Assembly (NCBI GenBank): GCA_040954595.2
Contig: CM082593.2
Coordinates: forward strand, 1,895,830-1,959,829
Source of the DNA: Balanoglossus misakiensis
Lineage: Eukaryota; Animalia; Hemichordata
Length of the DNA: 64,000 bases
Reading direction: 5' to 3'
Part shown: piece by piece, positions 49,699-64,000 of the stretch
Layout: every line of letters begins with the position of its first letter
How positions within the stretch are numbered: the stretch's first letter is position 1
Notes under the pieces: generated by a model
Seen by the model: only the letters and a program-made list of their open reading frames with translations
The model's database searches: none
What the model was told of the DNA's origin: nothing
Position numbers and translations under genes: made by a program

Positions 49699-52600
49699 CG
49701 TCCTTCCTCCTGGAAGAGAAAACATAATCTGTAAGAGCTGACAAAACAGCGTTTGTTGAGACTTCACTCAAAACCCATTCAATGCAAGTGCGTCATAAAG
49801 GGGTGATGCACAATAAATGGGGATCCCCATTTACACATTTTGTTACGGAGAATTTAGTAAAAGTTTTGACAACAGTATTACACTACAGCAATATATTGCT
49901 AACTAATGCGTTTGTGAATTTGTTCCTATTCAATTTTTCTTGGAAATCCTGAAGATAGAATCGATTTTTATCGGTTTGTCGCTTTGTTCCTTTCGCTCAC
50001 TCCGCTGTTCTAACCATCGACCGAGTGAATGCAACAGTATGCCCACGCCTTTTTCCCTTCCGGACTGAAACAGTTATCTCCACCGCCGGTACGCTAAACT
50101 TGATTGCCGACAATCAACCAGTCGGTACCAGCAGACACGGACTAGTTGTCGACCCACTATCGACCGGTACTGACTGTTAAAGTGTTGTAGGCGTTAGTAG
50201 TTCTTGAACTTCTACATTCTTGATTAACGTCGATTATTGACATCTAAGTATCATTTTGGTGAGAGTTTAACTATTTTATGCAATGTCTGTTAGTCTGCCT
50301 GCCTGCCTCTCCATATGTATGTATGTCTGCCTGTCTAGTTGTCTTTCATAGTTAGTTTGACTTGAATAAAAGAATACACGCAACAACAATGCGGTACCAT
50401 CTGGTGTTGTACACCTTTATGAATGTTCAATGGTGTCGAGTCTTACACGATTGCCCGAAGCATACTTCATTGTACGTTAGACTTTGTGTGTTGATTAAAC
50501 CTATGATTTATACGCGTGTCTCGAAACGAATTCTATATTTATTTTTATGCATCTTTTTATTAGTCGATGAAAATTAAAACCTGAAATGCCAAAAGCTTTT
50601 GACGATCAGTACCACTATCAGTATTTCGCGACAGTAGCGACTTTTGTCGGTGTTTCAAAAAGCAGCCCTATAAAACAATAATTTAAAAATGAATTGATAT
50701 TATAATGACTATTATATCTAAGTAAGCTATACAATACATAAGCTGAGGGTCATGTTGAAAGTATATTGCGAATCACTCAATCTGTCCGAATATTCAAATC
50801 GTGTAAATATTTGCATAAAGACTAAGTAGAAAAATGAACTTGTGCGTGGTGTGGATTCACGCCCTCGACTTGTTTTTCACATGATTGATTGTAGAAGGAA
50901 CTAGAAGTCATTTTCTGGAAAATAACGCTCAATAATTAAAAGTGTGAAAGTTTAAGAAAACGCGGATTCCGTGAACTTTTTGTTCATTCGCCCAACACAT
51001 GTGCAATCGTTTTCCTCGCTTATTTCAGCTATTCTCAACGAGTATTTCAGTTTCGAGACATTGTTAGTTATACGACGGCCATTACACCTTGTAGATGCTC
51101 TGTAAGCGAAGTAACCCAACTTTCTGTGCGAAAACACATTTACATGGAGACTATCAAAGGGATATGCCTTTCATGCAAAGGGTGACTTTCAGACTATCTA
51201 CATTGTAGTTCAACCCACAAGTATATAGATTTGTAGGGAAGTTTGACGCTGCTCAGCGCAAAAATCCGCCGGGAGAAAATTGTGTGTTTAGTTATGCTAA
51301 TAACACCGTACGGATTACTGCCACCAGGCATATTCAATTTCCTTTTATTGCCTCCCCCACGGAGCAATCAGAACAAACAGTTACAATTTCTAACGTTTAC
51401 GAGCTATTTTTGTTCTTTCTAGCAGAGACAGTAAAGATCAACGCAGGTAGTCAGTGATTTCGCATTGATCTCGCATCGCGTAATGTTTCTAGTAATTAAA
51501 GTTGCTGCCATGAATCGAAAAAATGGACCGGGAGAGTAAATTTACGAGTGCGATCTTATTGTATTATTTGTTTGGAAACATGACAGTCGCTGGGCTGTGA
51601 ACAGCAGTCGCCTCATCTTCCTGAAGATGGTCAGTTGCATGCATAAAGCCTACTTTAAAGACTTAAAACAACTCAAGCAGTTTTCCAACTAAAACTGCAT
51701 TGTATTTGACACAAGTCGCGCACAGCGTTACCCCAACTTCTCAGCAACTGCGAAACAATTAATGCACGTTCACTTCCTATTATTGAAATTTTATCGAGTC
51801 ATTTTATCGGCGTTCACCCTCAGCCTACAAATCACAGAGCATAGTCGAATGCAGATTTAAAGTTGACAGGTGAGTGGAACCCCCTGGGGAGGAACGGTTC
51901 CAACTCTGCGCGACTGATTGGGACGCCTCGGTACTTCGCGTGCTCACACATTGATTTGACGGCTCAGATGAAATGTACTAGTCGGTTGTTGACACGATGA
52001 ACAGTGCCTAAAATATTGCTAAGCGTATGCAAATGCACTTCATTAGAAGTGACACATGAGCTGCTCACTCTGTTTGCAGAAATTTCTGGTAACAACAGCT
52101 TTCCAAGACATACTCAGTACAGAGAGAGACACAATCAATTACTTTTCCACAAGATTCTAAAACTGAAACACATATCTGTCGTCCATCAACGACGTCGTGT
52201 TCACAGCTGGTTAATCCCACCACAAAACAATGAATAGTAGATGATCTCGCACAATCAGACACTAAATGGTATTCCTTGCAACGTTCATGGAATTCCAATT
52301 TACTGAGAGAGATATATACACTTGTAAAGAGCAAATGAGCCGTGAAACCATCAGTTAAATGTTTTCGTATCGCATTGTATCGTATCGGTTTCTAACTAGA
52401 AGAGACGACAGAAAGACTGACGACTGAAACACAATACGTTAATGGAAAATAGCTTTGCTACATTTGCTATTCATTCTAAAGGTATGTATGTATGTGTATC
52501 AATGTATTTGTGTGTGTGTGTGTGGATGGGTGGATGGAAAGAGGGCTGAATTGATGCATGCATTGCATGCAATATAAATTGAAATGTTTCCCTTTTCGCC

Positions 52601-53817
52601 TACTGTTTATCCAATACATCAAAAGTCAACTTTGCATAAGTGAAGACAATGCCTGGAGTGACTAAACCGAAGATGCGAGGATAAAAATTATGTCAACGGA
52701 GAAACTGTGATAAAAAGTCAACACGGGACCATGATCATATCAGAAATCATGTCAATATTCAAATGAACCATGAGGGAATAGAGTCAGCATCGGCAACGGG
52801 TAGCAAAAGGTCATAACCGGCTACTTATCTCACATTGCAGTAGAGGTCGCAACCTTCCATGTGGTTTGTTTGCTTTTGGAGGGGTGGATTGGGGACGCGA
52901 GGTTCAGAGATTATCATTTCCATGTGGCACGTAAACGATATGTATCTTCATTGCTCACTCGGTGCATTTGGTTCACCTGTGGCGTTCTAAGGATATTTGC
53001 CATGAAAAGCAAAAATCAAACTGTGACATTCACTATCTCCTTATCCGCCATAAGAATAGTCGCGGTCGAGGGCGGAGGGATTTCAAAATAATGCTGCGAT
53101 TTAGCCAGTGCTGAGACAACGTGAGACGAACGACTAGGTTCGAGCGCAGAGTTGAAATCTGCCCAGAGGGCGACTAGTTCCTCGTGGTTTCCGTTGACTA
53201 TGATGTTATGCTAATATGCGATGCACGGGTACTCGAGAACTATTTTCTTCAGTCGGTAACATTTGATGGCTTAGACGAACTATCAGCGCAGCATCATTGT
53301 TATATTTTCACGGCTTTCCAAAGCGAGAACAATGTTTTCTCCTAATGTGCATCGAATCGCGGAAGGTCATTCTATCCAGAATGCTTCTGGTTTGTTTGCT
53401 ACTAGAGTATGACTAAAAAATATAAAATGCACTGATAATATTTGTTTGACATTCTAAGTATGTTCTTATGAAAAGGATTTCCATTACGATGACTTGTATG
53501 ATGAAGGTCGAAATGTTCGATTAGGAAATGGATAAGCCGTGAACTAATACGATGTAAACATTCTTCGTGTAAGAAACAGTATCTCCGAAGGGTTTAGCCT
53601 TATCAACAAAGAGCAGTTCCTCAAATGGAAATGAAATTTGCTGTTTAGTATTAACGCACTAGGATAGCTACTGAAATTATCAAGTAAAGGGTGGAGATTG
53701 TATAACCTTAATCCTATAATAACTAATTTCCTACAAAGTCTATCCATCGCGGGTCAAGCGTATCGCTTACATGTTTAAAATTCTTTCGTTTTGCTGCCAT
53801 CGAGGAAGAAGTCGATG

Positions 53818-53847
53818 ATCTTTCCTGCTTATATAAGCAGGAAAGAT
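53818..53847. repeat. Perfect 30-bp palindrome ATCTTTCCTGCTTATATAAGCAGGAAAGAT
   Basis: 15-bp arms are exact reverse complements with no spacer. Confidence 0.95.
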
Positions 53848-56800
53848 ATGAGGGTGTGGCTACTTTCACTGTGCATTTAAGGTTAAAATCAGAGGTCCAT
53901 CTACTCCTAGTGAAATGGCGTGCCTTAGACTCTCATAATATTAAAACTGATAACACCATATAAAACACCCGTACGCTAAAACAAATCTAACACTAGACCA
54001 TAAAGCTTTTCAGAAATAACGTTGCTATTGAAAAAGTTTAGTTCATCACGTTGAATAGCCATATAAGTATTTCTTCCGGTAACCACCCATTAGCCAGGAA
54101 ACTTCGTCGAATGAAGAAAAAATGTCTTCATTATTAAAAAGAATGGGCATTGTGCGATTAAATGTGTTAGAAAATGCATAATTCACTGCTAATGGTTCAA
54201 GCGTGACGATGTTGAATCGTCGCTGTCATGGTTTGCTGCGAAATGTCGGCTCGTCTTTGATAAAATCGCCCCAGGAGTTTTGAATATTTTGAAAAAGCCC
54301 ACATCAGCCCTTTCAACGAGATGACAATTACGGAGACAGTTCGAAAAAAGAACCTTTTCCTTCAATGCTGATCTTTAAAAAAGCAATTAAGCTGATGTTG
54401 GTCACCCGTACAACCTTATCTACCGAATCAATATACAAACGTAGCAACACGATTCTTGAACTGACGATAACGTATGAAAAATTCGATTTGCTTTCGTCAT
54501 TTCAAAGGAGTGTGTTTATAAATCAATTACTCCGGTTCAAAGTAACTTGTGAGTAGCATTGCTGCATCGGACATGACATGAAATACAGAAATTCATGAAA
54601 AATCCATACGGTTTAGTGACACGCTGTTCATCCTTTTAAAATGTAGTATACTCTTCCTTAATAGAAAGTTTAAGATGTTTACAAGCTATACTAGTAATTG
54701 AATTAAGCTGTGTTTGTTTCTTTAGGGATAGGTTACCCCCAAAGGCATGCGAGGAATACACTTCCCTACGCTAACCGACAAAACAAAGCTTGGAAGCTTA
54801 AATTACCTGCAATGACTATGGTTATTTCGGATCCTTTCCCTTCACGGCAGCTGTTGAACGCAGCGAATTACTATCCCCGGAGTCACACAACGCACGCCCG
54901 TTCTCTCTCGACACACAACGCTGATTCGCTGTTTGCTCCACGAACTACCTGTAAACGGGGTCTCATTTACAATGCACACGCAGGCATGCACCTCATCCCT
55001 ATATATTCGGTCGGGTACGGATAATTGTCTCTGGGAAGGCCGCCGCGGACACCTACAACGAGGCGATTATGAAAGAACTCCTCGTCGCGTAATATCCTTG
55101 GGGTCTGCAATTTCCTATCTTGCAGTCTTAATTCCCAGCCATCAATCACATGCAGATGTTGATGTTGGTGATAGCGGGATGCGCAACTCGTGTGAGTAGG
55201 AGTAGCCGAGTGGTCACGTGACCAGGCCCACTGGAAAGATCTCGGGCACGCCTCCGGGAAATCTTGGTGAACAGATATGCTCGTCAATCGATTGTTCATT
55301 CCCGAAAAGTTTAAACTTTTTTTATTGAAGAAGTTTCAACGGGAGCACATTTCACCGCGCGGCAACCATGGTCGTCGCCATAGATTCGCGGAAGCGCCAC
55401 ATCTGTCAGGACACTTCCATTCTGCCCCCAAGATCTCTTTTTGACTGACAGTCATTCATTCACTACAAAAACGCGGTGACAGGTTTACGATGATTGAATT
55501 TTTGACAGCCCACGTAGCCTCCGCTACCGCCATTTTTGGCGGTCGTCACATGAAAGGAATTTTAGTGCGAAAAGCAAACAAACCACATTCAGTTTAGGCG
55601 ACACTCGTTCCAAACTATTAACTCCTTTTTTGATGAATCCGTTGCCAGATCCTGACCGATTCTCATAAAATATTTATTCTGTTGGTACTTACCTTCTTAA
55701 TTTCCAATCGCATCGCTGCGGGAGCACGTGGAAGGTCAAATCTTTTCCAAAGCGGTTTCCGAGGCAGGAAGTTTTATGGAAGTGTGCTGACATATGTGCC
55801 GCTTCGGTCAATCCATGGCGATGACCTTGGTTGTCCTGTGATGAGCTGTGCCACTCGTGGTCGTCACTGTCGTTTAGTAACCATAGCAACCATTCGTCCA
55901 ATTGGATTTGACGAAACTATCAACGATTTGATGGGCGGCCAGATCTCAATGGTCGCGTCAGTTGAAAATGTATACTACCGAACTGCATATCCCTGTCGTT
56001 TTGTCTAACAGTAACTTGCACAACAAGTATGCATATTTACGAAACGGGAAGGATGTCGTGGTATTTAGATGAACAAGGTTGCTAAGAGTCTGACTCCTAC
56101 AGGAAAATCGTATAACGCAAGGAGCACGTCTTACCTATAAAGAGAGAGTTCACAACTCAACCGCTAAGACCGAACTGAGCGGAAATTTTCCAAAAAGTTG
56201 CAATTCGACTTCAAGCGAACGTAATAACGAACACAAACTGCAACATTTTAGCGGGCGATTTCGACATGATTGGGCAAAGGAAACGGAAGCGCCCGATTGG
56301 CTGAAAGTGATCTCCATCAGGATCCGCTTGGCGATGCAAAACTCTGTATAGTTCAAATAACATTTATTTTTCTCCGACAAAGGAAAGTGGATGCATGTTT
56401 ATTGTTGTTTTTTGCTATTTTACTGACTGTACAGTGGACTAAACCGTGCAAATGCGGTGCTCGAACGGATAATAACTTGGGGCTCGCAGATTCTTTAGTT
56501 TATGTCCATGCTTTTGGAAGTCAGGGGGCGAGGTTAGATTTTAGGATATCCTGTCTGCCTACCTACACATGCAAATAGCTGATACAGTGTTCAAACGACC
56601 AATCGTAACGTGTGGTTTTTTTTACACGTGCACGTGGGACAGGAAAGATGCTGTTGACGAAATGATGCACAGACATCCAGTTCCCAGTGTGAGAGCAAGA
56701 GTATAGTGTGACGTCAAATCGTGAGCGGGAAATCTGCATTTGCAGCTTCTTGGAAGTATAAATTCCCGTTAATGCCCCGCAGTCTTCGTTAGACAATCAG

Positions 56801-59800
56801 ATTAAACATATCTTGCACAACCCACGACCACGAATTAAATGGAATAACTGAATATGTAAGGTCATTTTTTTCATAGTGAATGCCAGTCAACATAGTGATA
56901 CAGAGTACAAAGTTTTTGCAAGCAACGTTGTACATCTATGTGTGTCCCTCCGGACATAATAACCGGACACGGCGCTCCAGGTTACTCAACGACCCCGATG
57001 GGCCTAGTATTCCCATTTCCCTACATTGACCTTTCTTTGATTTGAGTAATAGAACGATTGCATAAATGTTAGGGGAGTTAATGGTATGATGGCATCATGT
57101 ACTTGTAGGGCTTCTTATGGGTTGAAAACCAAGTGCTACTTACTGCCAAAGTGGTACTAAAATGTGTACGTAATATGCTTTGAAATGTTTCAGTTTTGGA
57201 AGAATTAGAGTTTATTGCCGAATCGCATGACATCTTAATATCCGAATAATAAAAATGACAACCCCGAGTGAACACAAAGAAAGCACGAAAAAAGGGTCAA
57301 AAAGTTAGTGTCTCCAAACACAATGAATGAGCTCGTGCCGCCATTTTGGAAATCTTTGGATCGACCGGTGGATCATTTTTTTGTGCTTTTATCGCAAAAA
57401 AAACGAATACTTATGCATCGCAATTCATGAGTTCACTGGAAAGCAGGCATATATTGTAATTTCTACATCCACTCAAAGCATCGACGTAATCGCACATGCG
57501 TAGGCTCAGTGATGTTTACCCTGCCGCGTGATCAGGCCATCGGAAGTTGTCAAATTACCAATCGATAGCATGCAGACTGGATGTTGCTCCCTCTAGGCAA
57601 AACTCTAATAGATAAAAAAAATCGTGAGTCTCTAATTGAATCTCTATCAAACGCTGTTTACAGGGTCGAGATGCCTGATTATGGAGTATCAAGTTCACAA
57701 TACCAGTCTTTAGCAGATATACAGATGTAAGATATAAAGGTTCGCGTTTTGTCGCAAAGATTATCCCCGAGGAAATATCGCTCTGATTCCTTCCTGTAGG
57801 GATGTTGCCTACACAAATGCGTTGGTTAAATCAAATTCCGATTTTTTATGTAAATACTCATTTTATGTTTTTTTTCCGTATATTGTAAAATTGTCAAACA
57901 AACAGGTGTCAGGCTATAAGTGTATTAAACTCTTTTATGTCATTTATGTTTATGCTTTTACCGCACTTAAGCAATGTCGAAATATGACTTCACAAGGTCA
58001 AAGAAACAATGTGCAATCCCCGGATGTAATCAATGGAAATGTTGATATAGAATCACGAATTGTCAACAACCTTCAATATTTGCGGTTTAATCACGCTAAA
58101 ATCTATGGAAATTAAGTTGAAATGGGAATGTTAATGCTCAACCCCCCCCCCCTCCCCTCAATCAGTGATAAGGTCAATATCAAGGCGGTCAGACAGGTAT
58201 GCATGCCTGCTGTGCAAAATGTACCGCCGTAGAAGTTCTGCATCAACACAACTCGGTATTGTACCGCAAGGGATGCAGCTAATACCATTAGATGGCCAAT
58301 TAGGTTATAGGAGAGAAAGATAGACATCCATGGAACTGAAATGTTAAACGTCTTTGACGTGCGGAGGTCACAATCGCCCTGTTCGAAAGATTGCGACATG
58401 GCGTATAGGGACATAGTACTCAGTTTGTTTTGACCTTCAAAACACCCACTCGCATGTAAGTGTAATTAGCAATCTGTAATTGTAAACTAATGCTACCCTC
58501 CCTTGTTCTGGAAAATTGGCTTATCTAGTATACTTTTTAGTCCACGGTCACTATCAGTTTACAGCGAACGAAAAAGGCATGCTTTCTCAGTGTCCTTCAT
58601 GTACACCCTGCGGCCGATAGTACAATGTTCCCGCTAAAATCTCAGAGTTTTAGATTTGACGAAATAGATGTCTCAACAATCACACACGATGATATATCAG
58701 AAAAGCAAAACCTTTCATGAAACCTTCTATATCAGATCAAGAAAAGTGCCACGTCGACAAGTTCGATTTTAATCCGATTGAGCCGGCAATGTTACGCTTC
58801 CATTGTTACGAAGTCAAATTCAATTTCAAAACGTGGTGAAACAGTGATGCTGAGGTGTGAGGTTCTGAAAACTTGTGAAGACGGAAATGATATGATTAAT
58901 AATTAATGAGCTGGTAATTAATCATAACTATTTCTTAAATTATGCAAGATTATATATTGATCTCAGATAAATGGGATATGTTGATGGGTGGAGGCTTTTG
59001 CCTGAAAATTAATTCAGATCTGGACTCCTACAAGTATGGATAACTAATATGACTAAAACGGGAAAACAAAGCCACATTCATAACACATTTTCCCCATTTT
59101 CCACAGAGAGTATCGGTTGGCTCAAACTCTACGACGGCTATGATGAAAATGTAAACCGATTAAAAAGCCATGATCTCAGTTTTCGACAAAGTTAACGAGA
59201 AAGTATACCAGTATTAAAATGTATCCCCTTCCCAGGTAATTCAAGCTTTGTTTACTGGATCAACGAAGGGAGTAAGACCCGACGGCCAAACAAGAAGTAT
59301 TCGTTTCATGGACAAGTCACGTGTAATCCTACCTTATGGTAATAAGTGTATGGCTAATAGAAATGAAACTGTAGTATGCTTCAGGGACGACTAGTGATTT
59401 TCAACTTAATCGAAGCGATGGAGGTATTACTCGGCAATCTTCTTGCTCTGAGCAAATTCGAAAGTCGTCGAAAAAAAGGTATAAAACATCAGCTTATTTG
59501 AGAACTGAAGAGTGTGTAGTCCATGTTGCCCAAGAGAGAAATTATAAATGGCGATTCCTCATTTGTTTTGATTATATATTTGCACTTCTGAATGACACTG
59601 AAGAATAAAGGAGATAACATATCACAATTTGTGTTCCAGTTTATTATGAATATGTCAAAAGTAATCAGAGCGATGTAATTTAGCTGCGCAGAAGTGATTC
59701 CAAAACGGGGAAACTGATTTACCGCAAGAAAGTCGAGCCTTTACTTTACCCAAAGGGCCATAACTTAGCTGTTTCACACAAGAGAGCGATTTTCAAGATA

Positions 59801-60684
59801 TGGTTTATGGGGGGCATTGTCTTTACAGGAAGATTAATGAAGTGAAGGAAGGGGGTTGGGACGAACGATAGAATTCCGCTCGCAAGCGATAACATGTATC
59901 ATACACCAACTTGCTGAGAACAGATCCAAAGCTAAAGGTACAGAGTGCTGATAAATTTCTTTTAGAATCGGTGATGACTCGAGGTTTAGCACAATGGAAA
60001 AATGTCATTCCTGTGCAGGTTAAAAAACTGTCGATGTAAAAGTACATAAAACTAGATCAATGCAAGTTACCTATATATGTTTGGTGGGCAGAAAGTGACA
60101 ACAGTATGATAGAAACCGACCTTTGACCCTCGCTATAGCCAATCCCCTTCTTTGCCTTGGGTGAGATATTGATCAAAATGAATTCAACAACGCGCTGAAA
60201 ATGCCGACAAAGGGGTGAAGGGACAACTGTATTGGATTTAATACTACATCCACAATGAAGGAGTACAAAGTGATCGAAACGCAGATTTGTCAACAGTCCT
60301 TACCTCTGACCCTACCAGTATATAACAATATTGACAAATGTACAACAGCAACACTGTGCTTTATGTACAACTGTAATGGCACTGAGTAAAGATTATAAAA
60401 TTTTGTTAAAAAAATAAGAAGTTATCACGTGATCAGCAACTGTCGTGAATTGCTTTATGAGCGTATTTCCTACCAAAATTTGAGCCATAATACCGTCAGA
60501 AGTCAAATGTTGGCATTACCAGTGTTAAATTTAACATCTCCTATACAATAGTAGGTTCGTATGTTATGACCAAGGCGGCAATACGGTATTAGTTTAATAC
60601 CTCGGTTATTCATCGACATATACTTTATGTAGTGGCATGCACGTACTGCCTGTTGTAAAACTAATACCCGTGAAAATTTCACTT

Positions 60685-60800
60685 ATACGCACGTGATGTG
60701 GAAACTACTTGGCCGCCATCATAAAAGTGTGTGACGTAAATATGGTGACGTCACCCAGCTAATCGCGGCCGACCACTTCTTAATAATGGCAACATACGTT
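60685..60800 (+). promoter_or_regulatory. Possible promoter of the zinc-finger gene
   Basis: Cluster of CACGTG, GCCGCCAT (YY1-like), TGACGTAA and GTGACGTCAC (CRE) about 1.4 kb upstream of the first coding exon. Confidence 0.4.
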
Positions 60801-62150
60801 GAGGTCTTTATTTTATTCTACTCTGTCACAAAGCGACGACTTAAAACGCTTTTACATCAGCGTTTATTTCTGGTAGTAAAACAAACACAGGAAATGGAAC
60901 CGAGCGTTTATCACCGAATAATAAACTTGTCTTCAAAGAGTTAATGATTGGGCTTGTGGTTAACATACAAAGTGATATCAAAACGATTCCCGCCAAAGAG
61001 AGGTGAAATTATCCAATTCTCTTATAAACGGTTTGTGTTGTTTGGAATGAACCGTAATATTGAAAGATCTGATTCATTTACAAACAATAGACAAAAGTAC
61101 ACCAGAACTGAAACAAGTGATCTGAGAGAACATTGACAAGTAAAGGGCAAGAGTGAACGTTAGTATGAGTAAATCAATTTATTTTGTATGATGATCAGTC
61201 TTTAATTGGTTTCTTTTACGATTTTTGTCGTTTAAAAGGCATTTTAATGATAAAGGTGAAACAATACTAAAGGTTAACGGCATTATAGTCTAAACGATTC
61301 AATCTAATGTTTAAACTTTTTCGCAATTCGAAGTCAGTCGAGTTATTGTTAGATTCTTTTACTGTTTCCCTCAGTCTTAATTTGGAGTTTTAGTGTGACT
61401 TTTAGGGTTTTAGCGCGCGATACTATAGTTTTTCTACTTTTCAGATCGGACCTGTTGTCGTCAATCACGTATCGATCATGTACTTCAAGTTCAAGACGTG
61501 CAGTTATTAGTTAAATAAATCATGTTTTTTTAATATTAAAAATGAAATTCAAAAACTGTTTATTCTTCTTCAACCATAAAAACTGATAAAGTATTTTGAA
61601 AAAGAGAAAGTGTTGAATATGCTAAATGTTCTATCCTGTAGTGCGGTGCTTTGAAAGTTCCATTGCCTTAGCTACCCAACGCGCAGGAGCGTTTGGAACA
61701 TGGCAACCGGATTCTGTATTCTTCGATCCTTTTTACAACTGTAAAGGCGTCAGTCAGTCGTGTCCGGCGGCACAGTTTGACTTCATTCACGGGTAAATAT
61801 GTTATTTATGCCTTTCAACGACACGATGTAGAATATTTTTGTTCTAGCTTATGAAATTTGTCGTTCACGTGGGAGTAAAAGAGTGTCTTCGACCATACGT
61901 GAGTTTGAATAGTTCAGTATGGTCGTAATGTGGTTGAATCCCTATGGCCTCGTACGATAACTCCGTCACATCAAATCACGGTCTATTTGCGCAGAGCCTT
62001 GCTATCTCGATATGTAGCCTGTGACTCGATGAAAAGTTGTAACGTCAGTAACTGTAGATTAATTTCAAGGCATATGTTTGCATTACAGGCTGAAAAATAT
62101 GACATAATTACGTGTCAAACACATTGCATCATCTTGTATGGATTGGCAGA

Positions 62151-64000
62151 ATGAATGCAAAGTCGACGAATTTTTCGAATTTGAATTCGATTCTGAATCC
62201 CGAGATCGTGAAGACGACAACGTGTCCAGCGTCTTTTCACGCCGCCAACGTCGACTCGGCAAAAGTTGAGCCACCATCAACCAACACAGGTGTCGCCCGA
62301 GTTATTAACTCAAGTTCTGAGGTGACAGATACAATCAATCGCAGCCAACCGACCACCTGTTGTGTGACGTCGACCACGTGTGCCACAACTAATGCCAACC
62401 AACCGACAACCAGCAACACCAAAGTTGGCAAATCCAGAAAACCGCTGCCAATACTGGAATGTGACGAGTGTCAGAAAATATTCACAACGCCATCCTCTCT
62501 GAAGAAGCATATGATTTCCCACAGTACATTGCGACCATTTGCCTGCGACGAGTGTGAAAAAAGATTCAAACGACCTGATCATTTGTAAGTTTTCTTAGTT
62601 GATTATAGAACCTAAGAAATACTAGTAACCTTTATCCGTAATCAGACTACAGTGTAACAAAGTATCAAAAAAGTCTATCTTGATTAGACTTTTTAAAACT
62701 ATTTTTCAACTTTTTTCTGATTTAATACCCAACCAACTTTAGGATGAACCACAAGGCCGCCATTCACAAATTATTCAAGTACATGTACGCCTGCTCAGTG
62801 GCGGGTTGTCAGGCAGAGTTTAAGAGTCAAACAGCGTGTGAGAGACACGCCAGAATATGTCACAACGATCGAAAAGAATGTGTGGTCAGAGAGACAACAA
62901 AAACTGGTGATGACGTCAGCTCATGTTCAGCTGAAAAGGAAGCATCTGCTGAAGAAGTGACATCACAATCGTTTAAGGTGCCTAGTGTGACCAAGCCTGC
63001 CGAGGTGCAAACTTTGGAGAAGAGTCGAGCCAGTCAAGTCTGCCAGGTTGCGGCAAAAGCAGAAACTGACGAGGATAAAAGTATTGGCCGGATAACAAGT
63101 GGAGATCAGTCTGGAAATATAATACCAACGACCGAACAAAGTTGTACATCGACGAGTCAGACATACCGTCAACCCTCGCCAAGATTTCTGCAGGCCGTTT
63201 CCACCGTCATTAGAGAAATACAACGGGTCAACGGCAACGGCACATCACTCCCGCATCAAACAGGAATGATTGGTAGTGGCGTGGATGCCTGTAAAATCTC
63301 GTACCAGTCGCCTTCCGGACGACCGGTTACGTTGGAAATCAAGTACCCGTCTGGTGGGTTCGCTGGACAGGGCCAGTCTCTGGCGTTTGCGAAGGGGGTG
63401 TGTTCCGACCATAGTCACTTGAACAACCCTGCCGCAATGAGCCATGGTCACGTGAAGACTTCTAATATCAATGTTGTAACATCTGAAAGCATGGCAGTGG
63501 ACACTAAGAGACAAGACCCAAACGTGAAAATATTTGTTCCTGTTAAGCCAAATCAAAGCAATATCATGCCAGCAGATGTGGTGAATTCAGTAGTGGCCAG
63601 ACAGCAAAATCTCGCCCCCTTCTTTGTTCCAGTACAAGACAACCATCCGGTCAAGGGCAAGGGTGGTGGTGATTTCGTCCGTTCGGGGATGGTGACCAAG
63701 TACTCAATTATAAAACCAGAAACCCCGCACGAGATGGGAACCGATGTGTGTCCAAAGGCGCTTGGTATCCAACCACCAGTTTCAAGTGTAACCCTAATGA
63801 GCAGCGACAACACAGTGGGTCAATCGATGTGTCTTTCTTCCCCCTACTCGCCAATAAACGAAGCCTTCAAAACGATCACCATGAGGACATTTCAAGGGAT
63901 GGCGGTGACCTGTCCACTCTTGAGTAACCCAGCCACTCCCATGAGGAGTCTTGTCACCAACACACCCAGCAGACTTGTCAGTCTAGCGGCGACCTCGCAC
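62151..64000 (+). CDS. C2H2 zinc-finger protein (3' partial)
   Basis: Exon 62151-62584 (ATG directly after an acceptor) spliced in phase 2 to 62743->64000, which is open to the window end. Three fingers: [43 protein letters not shown] (intron-split), [24 protein letters not shown], then a long S/T/P-rich region. Confidence 0.9.

Noticed and set aside
49699-49767. ORF-track N-terminal extension of the neuropeptide precursor
   Set aside because: Begins at a non-ATG codon and crosses a strong splice acceptor at 49710-49711, so it is mostly intronic.
53130-53150. GGTTCGA (tRNA T-loop/B-box-like)
   Set aside because: No cloverleaf or A-box; no tRNA, rRNA or CRISPR array was recognised anywhere in the window.

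Overview
Eukaryotic (metazoan) genomic DNA with GT-AG introns, AT-rich, and no prokaryotic features. An invertebrate deuterostome is plausible but not provable from this window. Eight protein-coding genes were reconstructed by hand. (1) Mitochondrial glutamate dehydrogenase (-, 61-5867) carrying a tandemly duplicated, probably mutually exclusive 87-nt active-site exon. (2) A TSPAN5/14/17-like TspanC8 tetraspanin (-). (3) An LRRC75-like gene (+), head-to-head with gene 2. (4) A TSPAN15-like tetraspanin (-) with two homologous alternative terminal exons. (5) RAP1GDS1/SmgGDS (+), head-to-head with gene 4. (6) An intronless 1005-aa multi-pass membrane protein of unknown family (-). (7) A 132-aa neuropeptide precursor predicted to release KTVNSKVYTPIF-amide (-). 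(8) A C2H2 zinc-finger gene (+) truncated by the window end. Also present: five copies of a ~93-bp TTAA-flanked piggyBac-type MITE, microsatellites, a perfect 30-bp palindrome, and an apparent switch from CpG-poor to CpG-rich sequence near 36.4 kb. Family assignments rest on recalled motifs, not database searches.
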